DNA of 64,000 nt from an uncultured Phycisphaerales bacterium (GTDB lineage: Bacteria > Planctomycetota > Phycisphaerae > WQYP01), in assembly GCA_903845195.1 (NCBI GenBank), contig CAIMWO010000031.1, positions 69,207-133,206 on the forward strand, in the 5' to 3' direction. The notes beneath the pieces were generated by a model. That model was given only the letters and a program-made list of their open reading frames with translations. It was not told the origin of the DNA and ran no database searches. Both the position numbers and the translations under genes were made by a program. This document shows, piece after piece, positions 48,501-57,119 of this stretch (its first letter is position 1; each line of letters begins with the position of its first letter).

Positions 48501-48970
48501 CCAATGAGTAAAAATATGTAGGGACTGATTGTCCCTTCATTAATTGGCCAGAGTGAAGGTTTTTTAATTCGGCAGATTGCATCCAGATCGGCCTTGACTG
48601 AATTGGCATATGTTGTGGCTACTGCCCAATCGCCAGAATCGCCGTGTGGATCGACTGTGGGCGCATGTCCATGATATACTTTCTGTAGTTCTAGGTATTG
48701 TATCGCTTGATTGTGCCAATCTGTTAATGCGGTTCGTATTTCATTTACCGCAGTTGTTGCGTTTTGATATTGAGCCTCGATGCTTTTTTTATCAGCGTTC
48801 AGCTTCGTATCCGCTGCATCTATTTGTTGCCAGTAAGGTTCCAGTAGCTCGGACTTAATCCGGCCAACTATGTTTTTGGCTTCTGATGGAAGTTCGAACT
48901 CGATTAGCCCATCATCGGACACAGCTGAGGACGCAGCCCTTTGATATCCCGTAGCTGATACTGGGTCCAT
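45545..48970 (-). CDS. FtsK/SpoIIIE-family triple-ATPase-domain membrane protein, EssC/EccC-like type VII secretion ATPase.
   Basis: 1141 aa. GAGGTAA RBS. N-terminal ~150-aa region then a TM segment ISPYIFLLIGTVCIALCFAPILYLAVMVTL. Domain 2 has canonical Walker A GKPGSGKT and Walker B LLIADEFQEF. Domains 1 and 3 are degenerate FtsK-like. Confidence 0.65.
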   Translation of the reverse strand: MDPVSATGYQRAASSAVSDDGLIEFELPSEAKNIVGRIKSELLEPYWQQIDAADTKLNADKKSIEAQYQNATTAVNEIRTALTDWHNQAIQYLELQKVYHGHAPTVDPHGDSGDWAVATTYANSVKADLDAICRIKKPSLWPINEGTISPYIFLLIGTVCIALCFAPILYLAVMVTLRWYAAFRSERRYQQLQHHRAVAEACLNNCMEQANNNMHNGFQAAVNLHAIEMVRNEILLKPKAAQFYVEFSSFTSRSQYAGAKWDDPVWNTWAPDPSPGFAAQIGQLVLDTRFLKAHLPRLNLDFRLPALVPFTDNRCLLLKAEGVNKDAATKAMQSVMLRMLANTPPGKLRFTFIDPVGIGQNVASFLALGDHDKSLINQKPWTEPGDIEQRLTELTSHMERVISNLLRNKYATLNNYNAEQRAVAEAFRFLVIFDFPCGFSKAAADRLLTIIRNGQRCGVYTLIIRDVSKDEIAPYGFNLNELDKVASIIEWGPQGVTWQDKDLFDAQVLPDLPPGDELFNDIIHKAGTTSKEAMKIEVPFADMLKQAGLDGANIIWKNESSTANDIRVPLGPGKAGQLQYLTLGGNGTTHSGLVIGKPGSGKTKLMHVLITGLALTYPPHEIELYLIDFKGGVGFKPYAQNSLPHAKVIAIQSDREFGLSVLQKLSAEMTRRMDLFRNAGGVESVAAYRNRASADDVLPRILLIADEFQEFFANEDSVAEQARSLLTQLVKQGRQFGIHLILVTQTLAGSDMSRLSSMFGLMGLRIALPCSDVDAEILLPRQKLVASKLTQPGQAIYNGDGGRLEANEDFQVALIGKDDKDKTKENEEIAVYVRGIAKAAAAIDGSNRIPIVFEADEPPNLEQCQPLTQMFQTKSVRPRGRAATIWLGEPLNLSGPIPVLLGHQTDANLMVLNRDESEGMGVLLSAWIALMAQNVPQASQFYLLDFTSPDGPCPPLIDEICERFDFHFIQRLSRPMLRTALQGIVDRIRLRIDGKEDITPTYLIIAGLHRARDLRPTDDGGFPVIGTVRETSLYDLFCSILKDGAEFGIHVLAWCDTHPTAVKTLKRSMANFGLKTSAALSPEESRAFLDVPDAARLEGKQHRMFFVDAVQNAPVQKYRPYRLPDLAWIRQVASQIKGGSS

Positions 48971-49314
48971 GTCACATTACCTCAAAGGATGATTACCCAA
49001 TGACGAGACTCTCCAACACCGGGGCAGGAGCAATTAAACATTGCCGTCTGCACCATCGCGACCTTCGGTTGGTCTAGAATAGAGCGGACCAGCCCAAGCG
49101 TCGGCGCAAGACCGCGGAATCCAGCACGTTTCCCGTTTGCGGGATATGAACAATGACCGTGCGGCCTGTCGGATTGTGGGAACAAATAGTGTTCAAACCA
49201 CTCAACACCGCCCGCCGATGCGGCAAGCTGCATGAAAGATAACACGGGCTTATGATTGTGCAAGTGGTACGAGTGGGAAATTGGGACTTTCCCACTTCTG
49301 GACCCGGAAATCTT

Positions 49315-49773
49315 CTAAGAACCGGTGCGCCGTTTAATCCATCGCACGGTGTAAACCCTGCGGCTGACTTGGGAATTATTGAACACCCGGCCATCCAAGT
49401 CTAGCGTGATCTCTACGCAGGGCCGATCAGCCGACAGGCCGGGAATCCCGCGGCACGGGTCGTTGATCTCCACGGGGTAAACCATTTTCGCCTGCTTCTC
49501 GGCCGCCTCGGGATTGTTCGGTTTCGCCAGCAATGTCCAAATCTTCCCACTCTGATCCTGGACGACCTTCGTGCCGCGGTCGAAGACGAAGACCTCCTCG
49601 CCATCTTGGTCCAACGATGGAAGCCTTGCCGGCAGAATGGCTCGCTCCGGTGCGTCGCGGGTAGACGCCGGGATCGTCGGTGCATTTTCGGGAAGCTTGC
49701 AGACCTTGAGTGTGACGCTAGTGGTAGCTGGCGGTTTGACCACGGCGCTGTTGATGTAGGGGGTGTGCAGCAA
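49315..49773 (-). CDS. Hypothetical protein (152 aa) upstream of the T7SS-like ATPase.
   Basis: ORF on the same strand. Overlapping alternative-frame ORFs make the call uncertain. Confidence 0.3.
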   Translation of the reverse strand: MLHTPYINSAVVKPPATTSVTLKVCKLPENAPTIPASTRDAPERAILPARLPSLDQDGEEVFVFDRGTKVVQDQSGKIWTLLAKPNNPEAAEKQAKMVYPVEINDPCRGIPGLSADRPCVEITLDLDGRVFNNSQVSRRVYTVRWIKRRTGS

Positions 49774-50119
49774 CGTAGCAGCAGGTCAGGTAGGTGCCGC
49801 GTTGACTGCCCGATGCCTTGTGGTCGGCTACACACGCCAATGGTGATCTGCCCGGTGCCTCGGGTTGAAAGGGAAGGTGGTGGCGAAATCTGCGCAAGGT
49901 GATGGGGAAACGGTTTTACAAATGGACATAAATCCATTGTAGTAAAATGTAGTAAAATTAGCATTCATGATGCACGCGATGCACATCATGCGCATTCTGG
50001 AAATGCTCATAAATCACTTGTTTGCAAGTATTTCAGCGATGTCAGAGAGAAAATGCAGAAATGGCAAAACAGGCTATAGCCCGCTCATAACCCGGAGGTC
50101 GGAGCCGTCGAAGAACTCT

Positions 50120-51440
50120 GTGTGCAGACGGAAGATCGGTTGTCTGAAACTGTTCGTGTGGCATCACCCTGCTTCTACGCCGCCTTCCTGTAATAATGCC
50201 GCATCAGTCCACCAAGGAATGTTCGGCACTTCACTTCGCCCTTCGCTGTTGGCCGTGGCGGCGGGGACTGACCGGGGAATCGAAGTGGCTCGTTCGACTT
50301 CGACTGATGGGGCCGGTGGGTGTTGTAAAACGCCACGGCCTGTCGAGCGATGTAATCCAAATGGGCCAAACTGAAACCGTAAAAGTGGTTCAGACACTCT
50401 CGCTTGAAATTTCCGATCCATGATTCTGCGAAGGCGTTCGCATCGGGAGCCTCGAACGGCGTCTTTACTACCTTCACGCCATCGTTCCGAAAAATGGTGT
50501 CGAATTCCTCCGAGAACTTCTTGTCTCGATCATGCAGGATGAATCGCTGCTCGATGCCCGCATCATCCAACCACATCTTCAGGTTGCGTGCTTGCTGACA
50601 CACCCACTCCTCCTCGGGATGGTACGTCGCAGGCGACAGGAACACCTTCCGGCTCTCAACATGGATGAACATCAAGAAGTAGGCCGTCTTCTTGCCCAGC
50701 GGCGTCAGCACGTCCTTGCAGAAAAAATCACACGCCACGAGCGTGTTCATGTGCAACTCGATGAACTTCCGCCACGGGGAGTCAGGGACTCGGTGGGCAC
50801 GACGATGGGGGTCAGGGTACAGCCCCTCCTTCTTCAGGATGCGTCGGATGGAAGATCGTCCCACCTTTTCCCCCAGCTTCCGAAGTTCCCCGGTTATCCG
50901 GTTGATGCCCCACCCAAGGTTCTCCTTGCCAAGCCGGATCACGAGGTCGATGAGTTCCTTAGCCAACTTCGGGCGGCCCACCTTCTTGGGCTGCTTCCCA
51001 TCTCGCTCTTCCCGCTGCCAAGTCCGGTAGGTTTTGAGGCTCACCACTTGGAGGGTATCTTGAACTGCATGGCTCAGTTCGGCACCGAGGGCCAATAACC
51101 GCTTACGGTCGGTCGGGTCGATGACGACCCGGTTGCCCGGCAATTTCTTACGCAGTATTTCGTTCTGGAGTTTAAGGAAACGGACTTGAGCATCACGGCG
51201 GGCCGAAAGGCTCTCCATCAGCATCACGAGAACCATATGAAACCACTGCGGCATGGAAAATGGCCTTTCAAAAAAAGAAGCCATAAACCCTGTAACGGCA
51301 AAGGCCCGACAATTTGGACCCTTGCTACGCAGTTTCAACTTACAACACGAATTGGGGTGGGGCGAATTTCTCCCTCAACTACCCTCATTTTCATGCAAAT
51401 CGTCCAACCTATGGACTAAGGCATCCCGAATCATGCGACA
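50120..51440. mobile_element. Insertion sequence (approximate boundaries) carrying the transposase above.
   Basis: Transposase ORF with ~50-100 bp flanks. Possible imperfect terminal inverted repeats around ~50135-50160 and ~51325-51350 (gaaactg / cagtttc). Boundaries not resolved by eye. Confidence 0.35.
50175..51338 (-). CDS. DDE transposase (integrase-core rve domain with an N-terminal HTH), single-ORF IS481-like type.
   Basis: 387 aa, TTG start. HTH GRPKLAKELIDLVIRLGKENLGWGINRITGEL. rve motifs ACDFF (D), LHDRDKKF (D), downstream E. Confidence 0.65.
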   Translation of the reverse strand: MKLRSKGPNCRAFAVTGFMASFFERPFSMPQWFHMVLVMLMESLSARRDAQVRFLKLQNEILRKKLPGNRVVIDPTDRKRLLALGAELSHAVQDTLQVVSLKTYRTWQREERDGKQPKKVGRPKLAKELIDLVIRLGKENLGWGINRITGELRKLGEKVGRSSIRRILKKEGLYPDPHRRAHRVPDSPWRKFIELHMNTLVACDFFCKDVLTPLGKKTAYFLMFIHVESRKVFLSPATYHPEEEWVCQQARNLKMWLDDAGIEQRFILHDRDKKFSEEFDTIFRNDGVKVVKTPFEAPDANAFAESWIGNFKRECLNHFYGFSLAHLDYIARQAVAFYNTHRPHQSKSNEPLRFPGQSPPPRPTAKGEVKCRTFLGGLMRHYYRKAA

Positions 51441-51460
51441 GGTATCGAAACGCTCCCCCG

Positions 51461-51697
51461 CTACTTCTTGTAGAATAAGGACTTACGATGAAAATTGTGA
51501 GGTATGTCGGCCACGTGCTCAGGCGCAAATTTTCGCAGGCGCTCAATCAGTACCGTCACCAGCTCGATCATTGGCGCGCGGACGTGCGTCTCAAACAATT
51601 CCTTGCGTGGAGCGAACCACTCGCGGTCATTGTTGTGCTCCAGCTCGCGAAAGAAGGTCGGCATCTGCCGTGCAAAACCGGAAAAACTGCTCTTCAT
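51461..51697 (-). pseudogene. N-terminal fragment (78 aa) of a DUF2461 (TIGR02453) family gene, truncated next to the IS.
   Basis: FSGFARQMPTFFRELEHNNDREWFAPRKELFE matches the conserved DUF2461 N-terminus. The family is ~220 aa and the remainder is missing. Confidence 0.45.
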
Positions 51698-51760
51698 AAT
51701 GGATCAATTGTATGCTGCCCTAATCCTCAAAATATTTCCATGCGCAATTTCCCCGGATCA

Positions 51761-54700
51761 TCAGAAGTTCGCGTAGCCCCAGAATTGGGGTTCTAGGCGG
51801 GCTTCAATGGCTTCGTCAGAAGTACCGGTGGCCTGACGGTTGGACCAATAGAGGCGATCTTTGACTTGGTTGCCATCGTCAGTGGTGAGGAAGCCCCAGT
51901 CCATACGGAGTCGGAGTCCTTTCTTGGGTTTGAGGCCGAGGTCGGAAAGGGGGATGGAGGCTTCGACGGTGAAGTCGTTGCCACCGGAGGCGGCGACTTT
52001 GGCGTTCGGGAGTTCGACGACGCGTTGGAAAGCGGTTTCGCCACCGGCGGGGGTGTAGGCGCGCCAGGCTTCGGTGGCTTTGGCGCCTGGGGCGACGGGT
52101 TGATAGAGGACGACGCGCGGTTTTCCGGCAACCATGGAGATGAGGAGTCGCAGATCGCCTGCGACGGGCTTGGTGCGGGCGGGGTCGGCGTCAGGGCTGG
52201 TGCCGAGGAGGAGGTCGACGGCGGCGCCGGTCTTGAAGAGGCGTTGAAAATCGCCGCCGGAATTCTTAAACGGACCGATCCCTTTGGCGGTCCAGCAGAG
52301 ATAAAGATTCTTCTCGTCATAGGCCATGGAAAAGGTGTGCGGGTTGTCGTTGCCCATGGTGGCGCCGGCATCTCCCCATTCCTTGGGCTTGCGAAGACCA
52401 TCGATCTTGGGCGTTTCGCCATCGAGAGGATCGATGGCCTTGACCTTAAGGATGGAGGGCCGGCTTTCAACGAGCCTCCGGACCTGCTGCGATTCCCAGG
52501 CTTTGGCGCGATCGATATCGGCCTGGGTGACGGTGAAATCAGTGGTGACGCGTTTGAAACGGTCGAGGCCGCGGACTTCCATGATGCTCATGCTGGTGAA
52601 GCCGGTGATGATGTAGTATTTGCCGGTGGCCTCGGCGCGGGTGAAGAAGCCGTGGAAGTGTTCCTGTGAGCCGGTGAGCGGATCGACGCGCATGCCGGGC
52701 TTGATGTCGGGCATGGAGAGGAAGTGGGCGCGGGGGTCGGTTTTGTGAAGGAGGATTTGTCCTGCGAGGAGCCCGTCGGCGGTCCAGATGCGCCACTGCC
52801 CATCGTTGCCGGAGGTGACGACAAATTCGCCGAGATCGCCGGGGTCGGTTTCGTGTCCGATGATGCCGAACTCGTTGGCGACATCGCCAGCTTTCCATGG
52901 ATGGATGGAAAGGCCCGAGACGCCGGCGTTGGAGACGGGGTAGGACCAGAGGAGCTTGCCATTGGGATCGGTGACGAAGTTGCTTTCGGGCCCGTCGGCG
53001 CCGGGGTGACCGTGGAGGGTGAGGAAGTTGCCATTGTTGAGTTTGAGGAACGAGCCGCGGTTGGGCGAGGCGACGCGCTGGTAGACGGGCGAACCGTTGG
53101 GGAGGGTTTCTTTAACCTCGTAGCGTGCATCGGTACCCATGCATCCGAGCTGGGTGTCGAAGGGACCGAATGCGGGTCCTCGTTCGTCGTCGGCCTTGGG
53201 TTCAAAGGTGACTTCGTCGGGCGAAACCTTGCCGTCGCCATTGCGGTCGGTCCAGATAAACTTGAAATCTTCGGGGCATTTTCCGCCGAGGAGAGAGACG
53301 ATGGCGCTGGCGCGCAGGGGCGGGAAGTGGTCGGCGTTGCCAAAGGCGGCGACCATGCGCACGGGCGTATTGTCATCGGCGAGGTAGACGATGGGGACGG
53401 ATTGGCGGTCGTTGAGCGTGATGGGGACAGTCACGAGGTAGGTATGGCCATTGGCCCGGGCCGCGACGAGATCGTTACCGTAGAACGGCTGGACGAGCTG
53501 GCTGTGGATTCGGGAGAAGTTCTTGGCGTAGTCGATTTCGAACTCGGTGTTGCCGAGGTAAGCACGGGAGATGTCGTAACGGTTGAGAGTGCCGCCGCCG
53601 CCATAATGCGTACTGCCGGTCATTTCCTTGAGGAGCTTGCCGGTAGTGGCGTTGTATTGGAGGACGCGGCGCGGGTTGTCGACGCCTTCGACGATCCAGA
53701 GGCTGAGGTTGCGGTCGACGCACATGGAGATGACGTTGCGGTTGAAGCGCTGGGGGTCCCAGGGCCCGACCGCAGCGCCGCCCGGATTGCCGATGGTGTG
53801 GAGAAATCTTCCGGAGGTATCGAAGACGCGGACAGTGCCGTGGCCGACGTCGGAGAAATCCATGACATAGAGGTTGCCATCGGGACCGACGGCCATATTG
53901 GCGCATTCGACGTTGACGAGCGTGGTCAGTGCACCGGTGTCGGTGTTGACTTTGACGATGGAGCGGTGGTCGCCGTTGATGGCGACGAGCTCGCCGGACG
54001 GGAGAAAGCCCAAACCATGCCAGCCAAGGTGGACAGGGAGCTCTTTGAGGAGTGTGCCGGTAGTGCCATCGTGGATTTCAAGGCGTTCGTAGACGAGGGA
54101 GTCGATGGGGGGTTCCCCGCCGAGGTATTGGAGGGGCGCGACGCCGTAGATTTTGCAGCGGCGGGTGTCAAGGTTCATGATGTAGGACTTGGAGATATGC
54201 ATGCCGTGTTCGTCGCGGCCGTCATGACGGAGGCAGCCGCCTTCGGCGTTGTCCATCCAGGGCTCGACGATGCGGATGCGGACGGCGCGGGTGGTCTGGG
54301 AGGTGCGAACGCCATTCTCTTTGAATTCGACGTAGCCATCGATGTAGTTGGCGTATTGATTGTCATCAGCTTTGTATTTTGCGGTGCGGCGGCCGGGTTT
54401 GAAGGTGGCGACATTTTTCCAGCCGGCGGTGGTGGGGGAGGCGACGGGCGCATCGAGGGGGATGGTGCCATCGGGTCCGTTCCAGACGTCGATCTCGGCA
54501 CGAGCGCCATCAATTTCCTTGATCGCCAGGCCATCGATCTTCTGGGGGGTGGTCCATTCCATGAGATAGACGGCGGGTTTGTCCTCGCCGATGGATTCGG
54601 TGCGCTGGGCTTCCCATTCGCCGTTGGCAGTGGGTTTGCCGGAGTTGACGCGGATGGCGGCGGTAGTGGAGAGATCCTTGAAACGGCGGTTGAGGATGCG

Positions 54701-56932
54701 GAGGCCGTCGAGGTGAGCGAACCACTGTTTGTCGCTGAGAGCATCTCCGCCGGAGCGGCTGATCTTGACGCGGAGGGCGCGGGTCAGTGTGTTCTCGGCG
54801 GCGGTGAGGCATTCCCAGCGGCCGGGGCGGCCCTGGTCGGGAAGTGGCGTCCAGTCTTTGTTGTTGGAGGGCCGTGGAGGGAAGGGGGCATCAGCTTTGA
54901 GGACGCTGAATTCGAGTTTGTCCGTGGTGACGGGGTGGGGGAAAACAATGCTGCCGATGGGGACGGGCTGTTTGAAGGCGATGACGGTGTATTGTTCATC
55001 GCCGGTGCCTTCGGTGGTTTCGAGGTTGAGGTCGCCATTGCCCTGGGGCTTGCCGGTCTTGGCGGGGGCCTCCTTGCCGGGGACTCTTCCGCCGAGGCGG
55101 AGGAGGTGTGGAAGTTGCGTGGTGGGTTTGGGCAGGCAATGTTCGAGATCGACGCCGGCGGTGGAGGTGGGGTTGTCGAAGAGGGGGATGCCGGAAAAGG
55201 CGAGATAGACTTTGTTGTCGTGAGCGGAGATGGCGGTGAGGCTTCCGCGGCGTTCGGGGGTGCCGATGGGGAAGATGACGCTGGCTTCGTGGGTGGCGGG
55301 GTCCATGCGGTAAATTTTATGGCCGGTGGATTCGATGAAGACGGATTTCTGATCTGCGGTGAGGCGATTGACGCCGAGCCATGCGCCGAAGTCGTGACGG
55401 CCCCAGAGTTTTTTGCCATCGAGGTCGGTTTCGATCATGCAGACGCCGGCTTCAGCCATTGGCGCGCCGAAGTAGACGTGGTCGCCGACGGAGGTGACGG
55501 CCCAGTTCTGAGAGTGGTCGGAGAGCCAGCCGTTGGGGCCGTCGTGGCTGGTGAGCCACGGGGTGCGGTCGGGGAAATAGTTTTGCACGTTGGGGTAGGG
55601 GCAATTCTGGAAGACGAGTTCGACGAGAGGCCCGGTGATGGCCTTGAGCCGGTAATTGCCAGGGGCGACATAATTTCCAGTGGGATCTTTGAGGTTCCAG
55701 GGGATTTCACGGGTGGCTTTGGGGAGAACGGTCTGGGCCGAGAGATTCAGGAGGCGATGGCCATCTGCGGTGTCGATCGCCAACGCGGACGGCCCCTCGG
55801 CGGTGATGGCGGCGGGGATGCGGAAGGGAGGGCCATCATCGCGCTGGGTGATTGCGGGCGGGGTGGCGTCTTTCAGATCAATGAAAGAGCCGAAGCCGCT
55901 GATCCAGGCGTCGTTTCCATTGCTGCCGGTGATTTCAATTTTTACGGCGCGCGTGGCGCCGGCAGGAAGGTTCACCCAGCGGGTGAAGTAGCCCCACCAT
56001 TTGAATTTGTGAGTGCATTCGCGAACGGCGGCGGCATCAATCTTTTCCCAATCCTGTGCGGGGGCCAGAGCGGGGTTAGCGGCGACATCGCCCTTCATGC
56101 GATAGACGTTGAAGGCGGTGATATTGGAACTGAAAAAGAGGCCGGCGATGTCCTGAGGTTTATCCCAGGCCAGGACATACCAGGTCGGATTCTTGGGCGT
56201 GGGGGCGGTGTTCTTGGACTTGGTTTTTCCGGCGGCGAGGCTGGACCAGCCGGTGCCGCGGGCGATGCCGTCGGGATCTCCCGCGCTGGCGCCGCCTGCA
56301 CAGTAGCCTTTGGCGGAAAAGGTGAGGTCGGCAAGGCGGGCGCGATAGAAATTCCAATGGGCGAGGCTGGAGGAGCCTGCAGTACGGACGTCACGATAAA
56401 GGAAGGCGCGGGTTTTTGTGCCTGGTGGAAGGGCGGCGCTGCGGAGAAGCTGCTGAACGCCAGTGAATTCAATTTTATTCCACTGGGCCTGGTCGACGGG
56501 ATTGGGGGCTGCCGAGACATTGTCTTTGAGGTAGAAGACTTCACCGCCGTTCCGGGAGCCGGTGTTGGTGGAGAAATCAGCAGGTTCGATGGCGACGGTG
56601 CCGACGGTGACGGGTTCCTTGAGCACGACGAGGTAATCGAACGTGGTCTCCGCGTCGACTCCAACTTTTCCCGCTTCCCAGCGATTTTCCTCCCAATTGC
56701 CGTCAGGCGAGGTCAGACCGAGGGTGCGGGAGACGATGGCGGCATCGCCGGGTGTGGCTTTGCCGTTGAGAGACGTGCGGGTGAGGGTCATGTCGATCTT
56801 GTCGGCGGAGAAGGCGAGGGTGAAGGCATCGCCGGTGGGGCGCGGTTCAGCCCAAGTGGAAAGGAGGAAGGCGGCACTGGCGAGGATCGCGAAGGCAGGG
56901 AGCAGGAATTTTGTTCGTTTGCGCGAGTTCAT
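51761..56932 (-). CDS. Giant secreted protein (1723 aa) with beta-propeller-like repeats and a C-terminal carbohydrate-binding-like (CBM9/DOMON-like) domain.
   Basis: Signal peptide MNSRKRTKFLLPAFAILASAAFLLSTWA. Repetitive Gly/Asp/Thr-rich beta-strand composition. C-terminal ~250-aa region with conserved W/Y/G pattern. Confidence 0.65.
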   Translation of the reverse strand: MNSRKRTKFLLPAFAILASAAFLLSTWAEPRPTGDAFTLAFSADKIDMTLTRTSLNGKATPGDAAIVSRTLGLTSPDGNWEENRWEAGKVGVDAETTFDYLVVLKEPVTVGTVAIEPADFSTNTGSRNGGEVFYLKDNVSAAPNPVDQAQWNKIEFTGVQQLLRSAALPPGTKTRAFLYRDVRTAGSSSLAHWNFYRARLADLTFSAKGYCAGGASAGDPDGIARGTGWSSLAAGKTKSKNTAPTPKNPTWYVLAWDKPQDIAGLFFSSNITAFNVYRMKGDVAANPALAPAQDWEKIDAAAVRECTHKFKWWGYFTRWVNLPAGATRAVKIEITGSNGNDAWISGFGSFIDLKDATPPAITQRDDGPPFRIPAAITAEGPSALAIDTADGHRLLNLSAQTVLPKATREIPWNLKDPTGNYVAPGNYRLKAITGPLVELVFQNCPYPNVQNYFPDRTPWLTSHDGPNGWLSDHSQNWAVTSVGDHVYFGAPMAEAGVCMIETDLDGKKLWGRHDFGAWLGVNRLTADQKSVFIESTGHKIYRMDPATHEASVIFPIGTPERRGSLTAISAHDNKVYLAFSGIPLFDNPTSTAGVDLEHCLPKPTTQLPHLLRLGGRVPGKEAPAKTGKPQGNGDLNLETTEGTGDEQYTVIAFKQPVPIGSIVFPHPVTTDKLEFSVLKADAPFPPRPSNNKDWTPLPDQGRPGRWECLTAAENTLTRALRVKISRSGGDALSDKQWFAHLDGLRILNRRFKDLSTTAAIRVNSGKPTANGEWEAQRTESIGEDKPAVYLMEWTTPQKIDGLAIKEIDGARAEIDVWNGPDGTIPLDAPVASPTTAGWKNVATFKPGRRTAKYKADDNQYANYIDGYVEFKENGVRTSQTTRAVRIRIVEPWMDNAEGGCLRHDGRDEHGMHISKSYIMNLDTRRCKIYGVAPLQYLGGEPPIDSLVYERLEIHDGTTGTLLKELPVHLGWHGLGFLPSGELVAINGDHRSIVKVNTDTGALTTLVNVECANMAVGPDGNLYVMDFSDVGHGTVRVFDTSGRFLHTIGNPGGAAVGPWDPQRFNRNVISMCVDRNLSLWIVEGVDNPRRVLQYNATTGKLLKEMTGSTHYGGGGTLNRYDISRAYLGNTEFEIDYAKNFSRIHSQLVQPFYGNDLVAARANGHTYLVTVPITLNDRQSVPIVYLADDNTPVRMVAAFGNADHFPPLRASAIVSLLGGKCPEDFKFIWTDRNGDGKVSPDEVTFEPKADDERGPAFGPFDTQLGCMGTDARYEVKETLPNGSPVYQRVASPNRGSFLKLNNGNFLTLHGHPGADGPESNFVTDPNGKLLWSYPVSNAGVSGLSIHPWKAGDVANEFGIIGHETDPGDLGEFVVTSGNDGQWRIWTADGLLAGQILLHKTDPRAHFLSMPDIKPGMRVDPLTGSQEHFHGFFTRAEATGKYYIITGFTSMSIMEVRGLDRFKRVTTDFTVTQADIDRAKAWESQQVRRLVESRPSILKVKAIDPLDGETPKIDGLRKPKEWGDAGATMGNDNPHTFSMAYDEKNLYLCWTAKGIGPFKNSGGDFQRLFKTGAAVDLLLGTSPDADPARTKPVAGDLRLLISMVAGKPRVVLYQPVAPGAKATEAWRAYTPAGGETAFQRVVELPNAKVAASGGNDFTVEASIPLSDLGLKPKKGLRLRMDWGFLTTDDGNQVKDRLYWSNRQATGTSDEAIEARLEPQFWGYANF

Positions 56933-57119
56933 AGAGATTCCTTTGCGGATGAACGTGCGATTTGGAGGTCACATGCGAAATGACACAAGGACTAGGGGAC
57001 GCGACTACAAGAGTTTCGAGAACAGAAATCTATTAGAGAAGCAGGAATAAAGAATCAAGAAGAAAGAAAAAGAGTACCTAACCTTCTTGATTCTTCCTCC
57101 TTACTTCATAGACAACATC

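Noticed and set aside
48982-49394. ORFs 48982..49263 and 49074..49394 (minus strand)
   Set aside because: Mutually overlapping frames immediately upstream of the EssC-like gene. Neither has clear start context or motifs. They may be part of the 5' UTR or a small accessory gene, but evidence is insufficient.
51793-53376. Minus-strand ORFs 51793..52470 and 52588..53376 (Pro/Ser/Thr/Ala-rich)
   Set aside because: Alternative frames inside the 1723-aa gene. Low-complexity composition.
52724-56983. 1419-aa plus-strand ORF
   Set aside because: Antisense to the 1723-aa secreted-protein gene. Extreme Gly/Ala/Val/Asp/Glu bias typical of mirror ORFs in GC-rich DNA. No RBS/start context.
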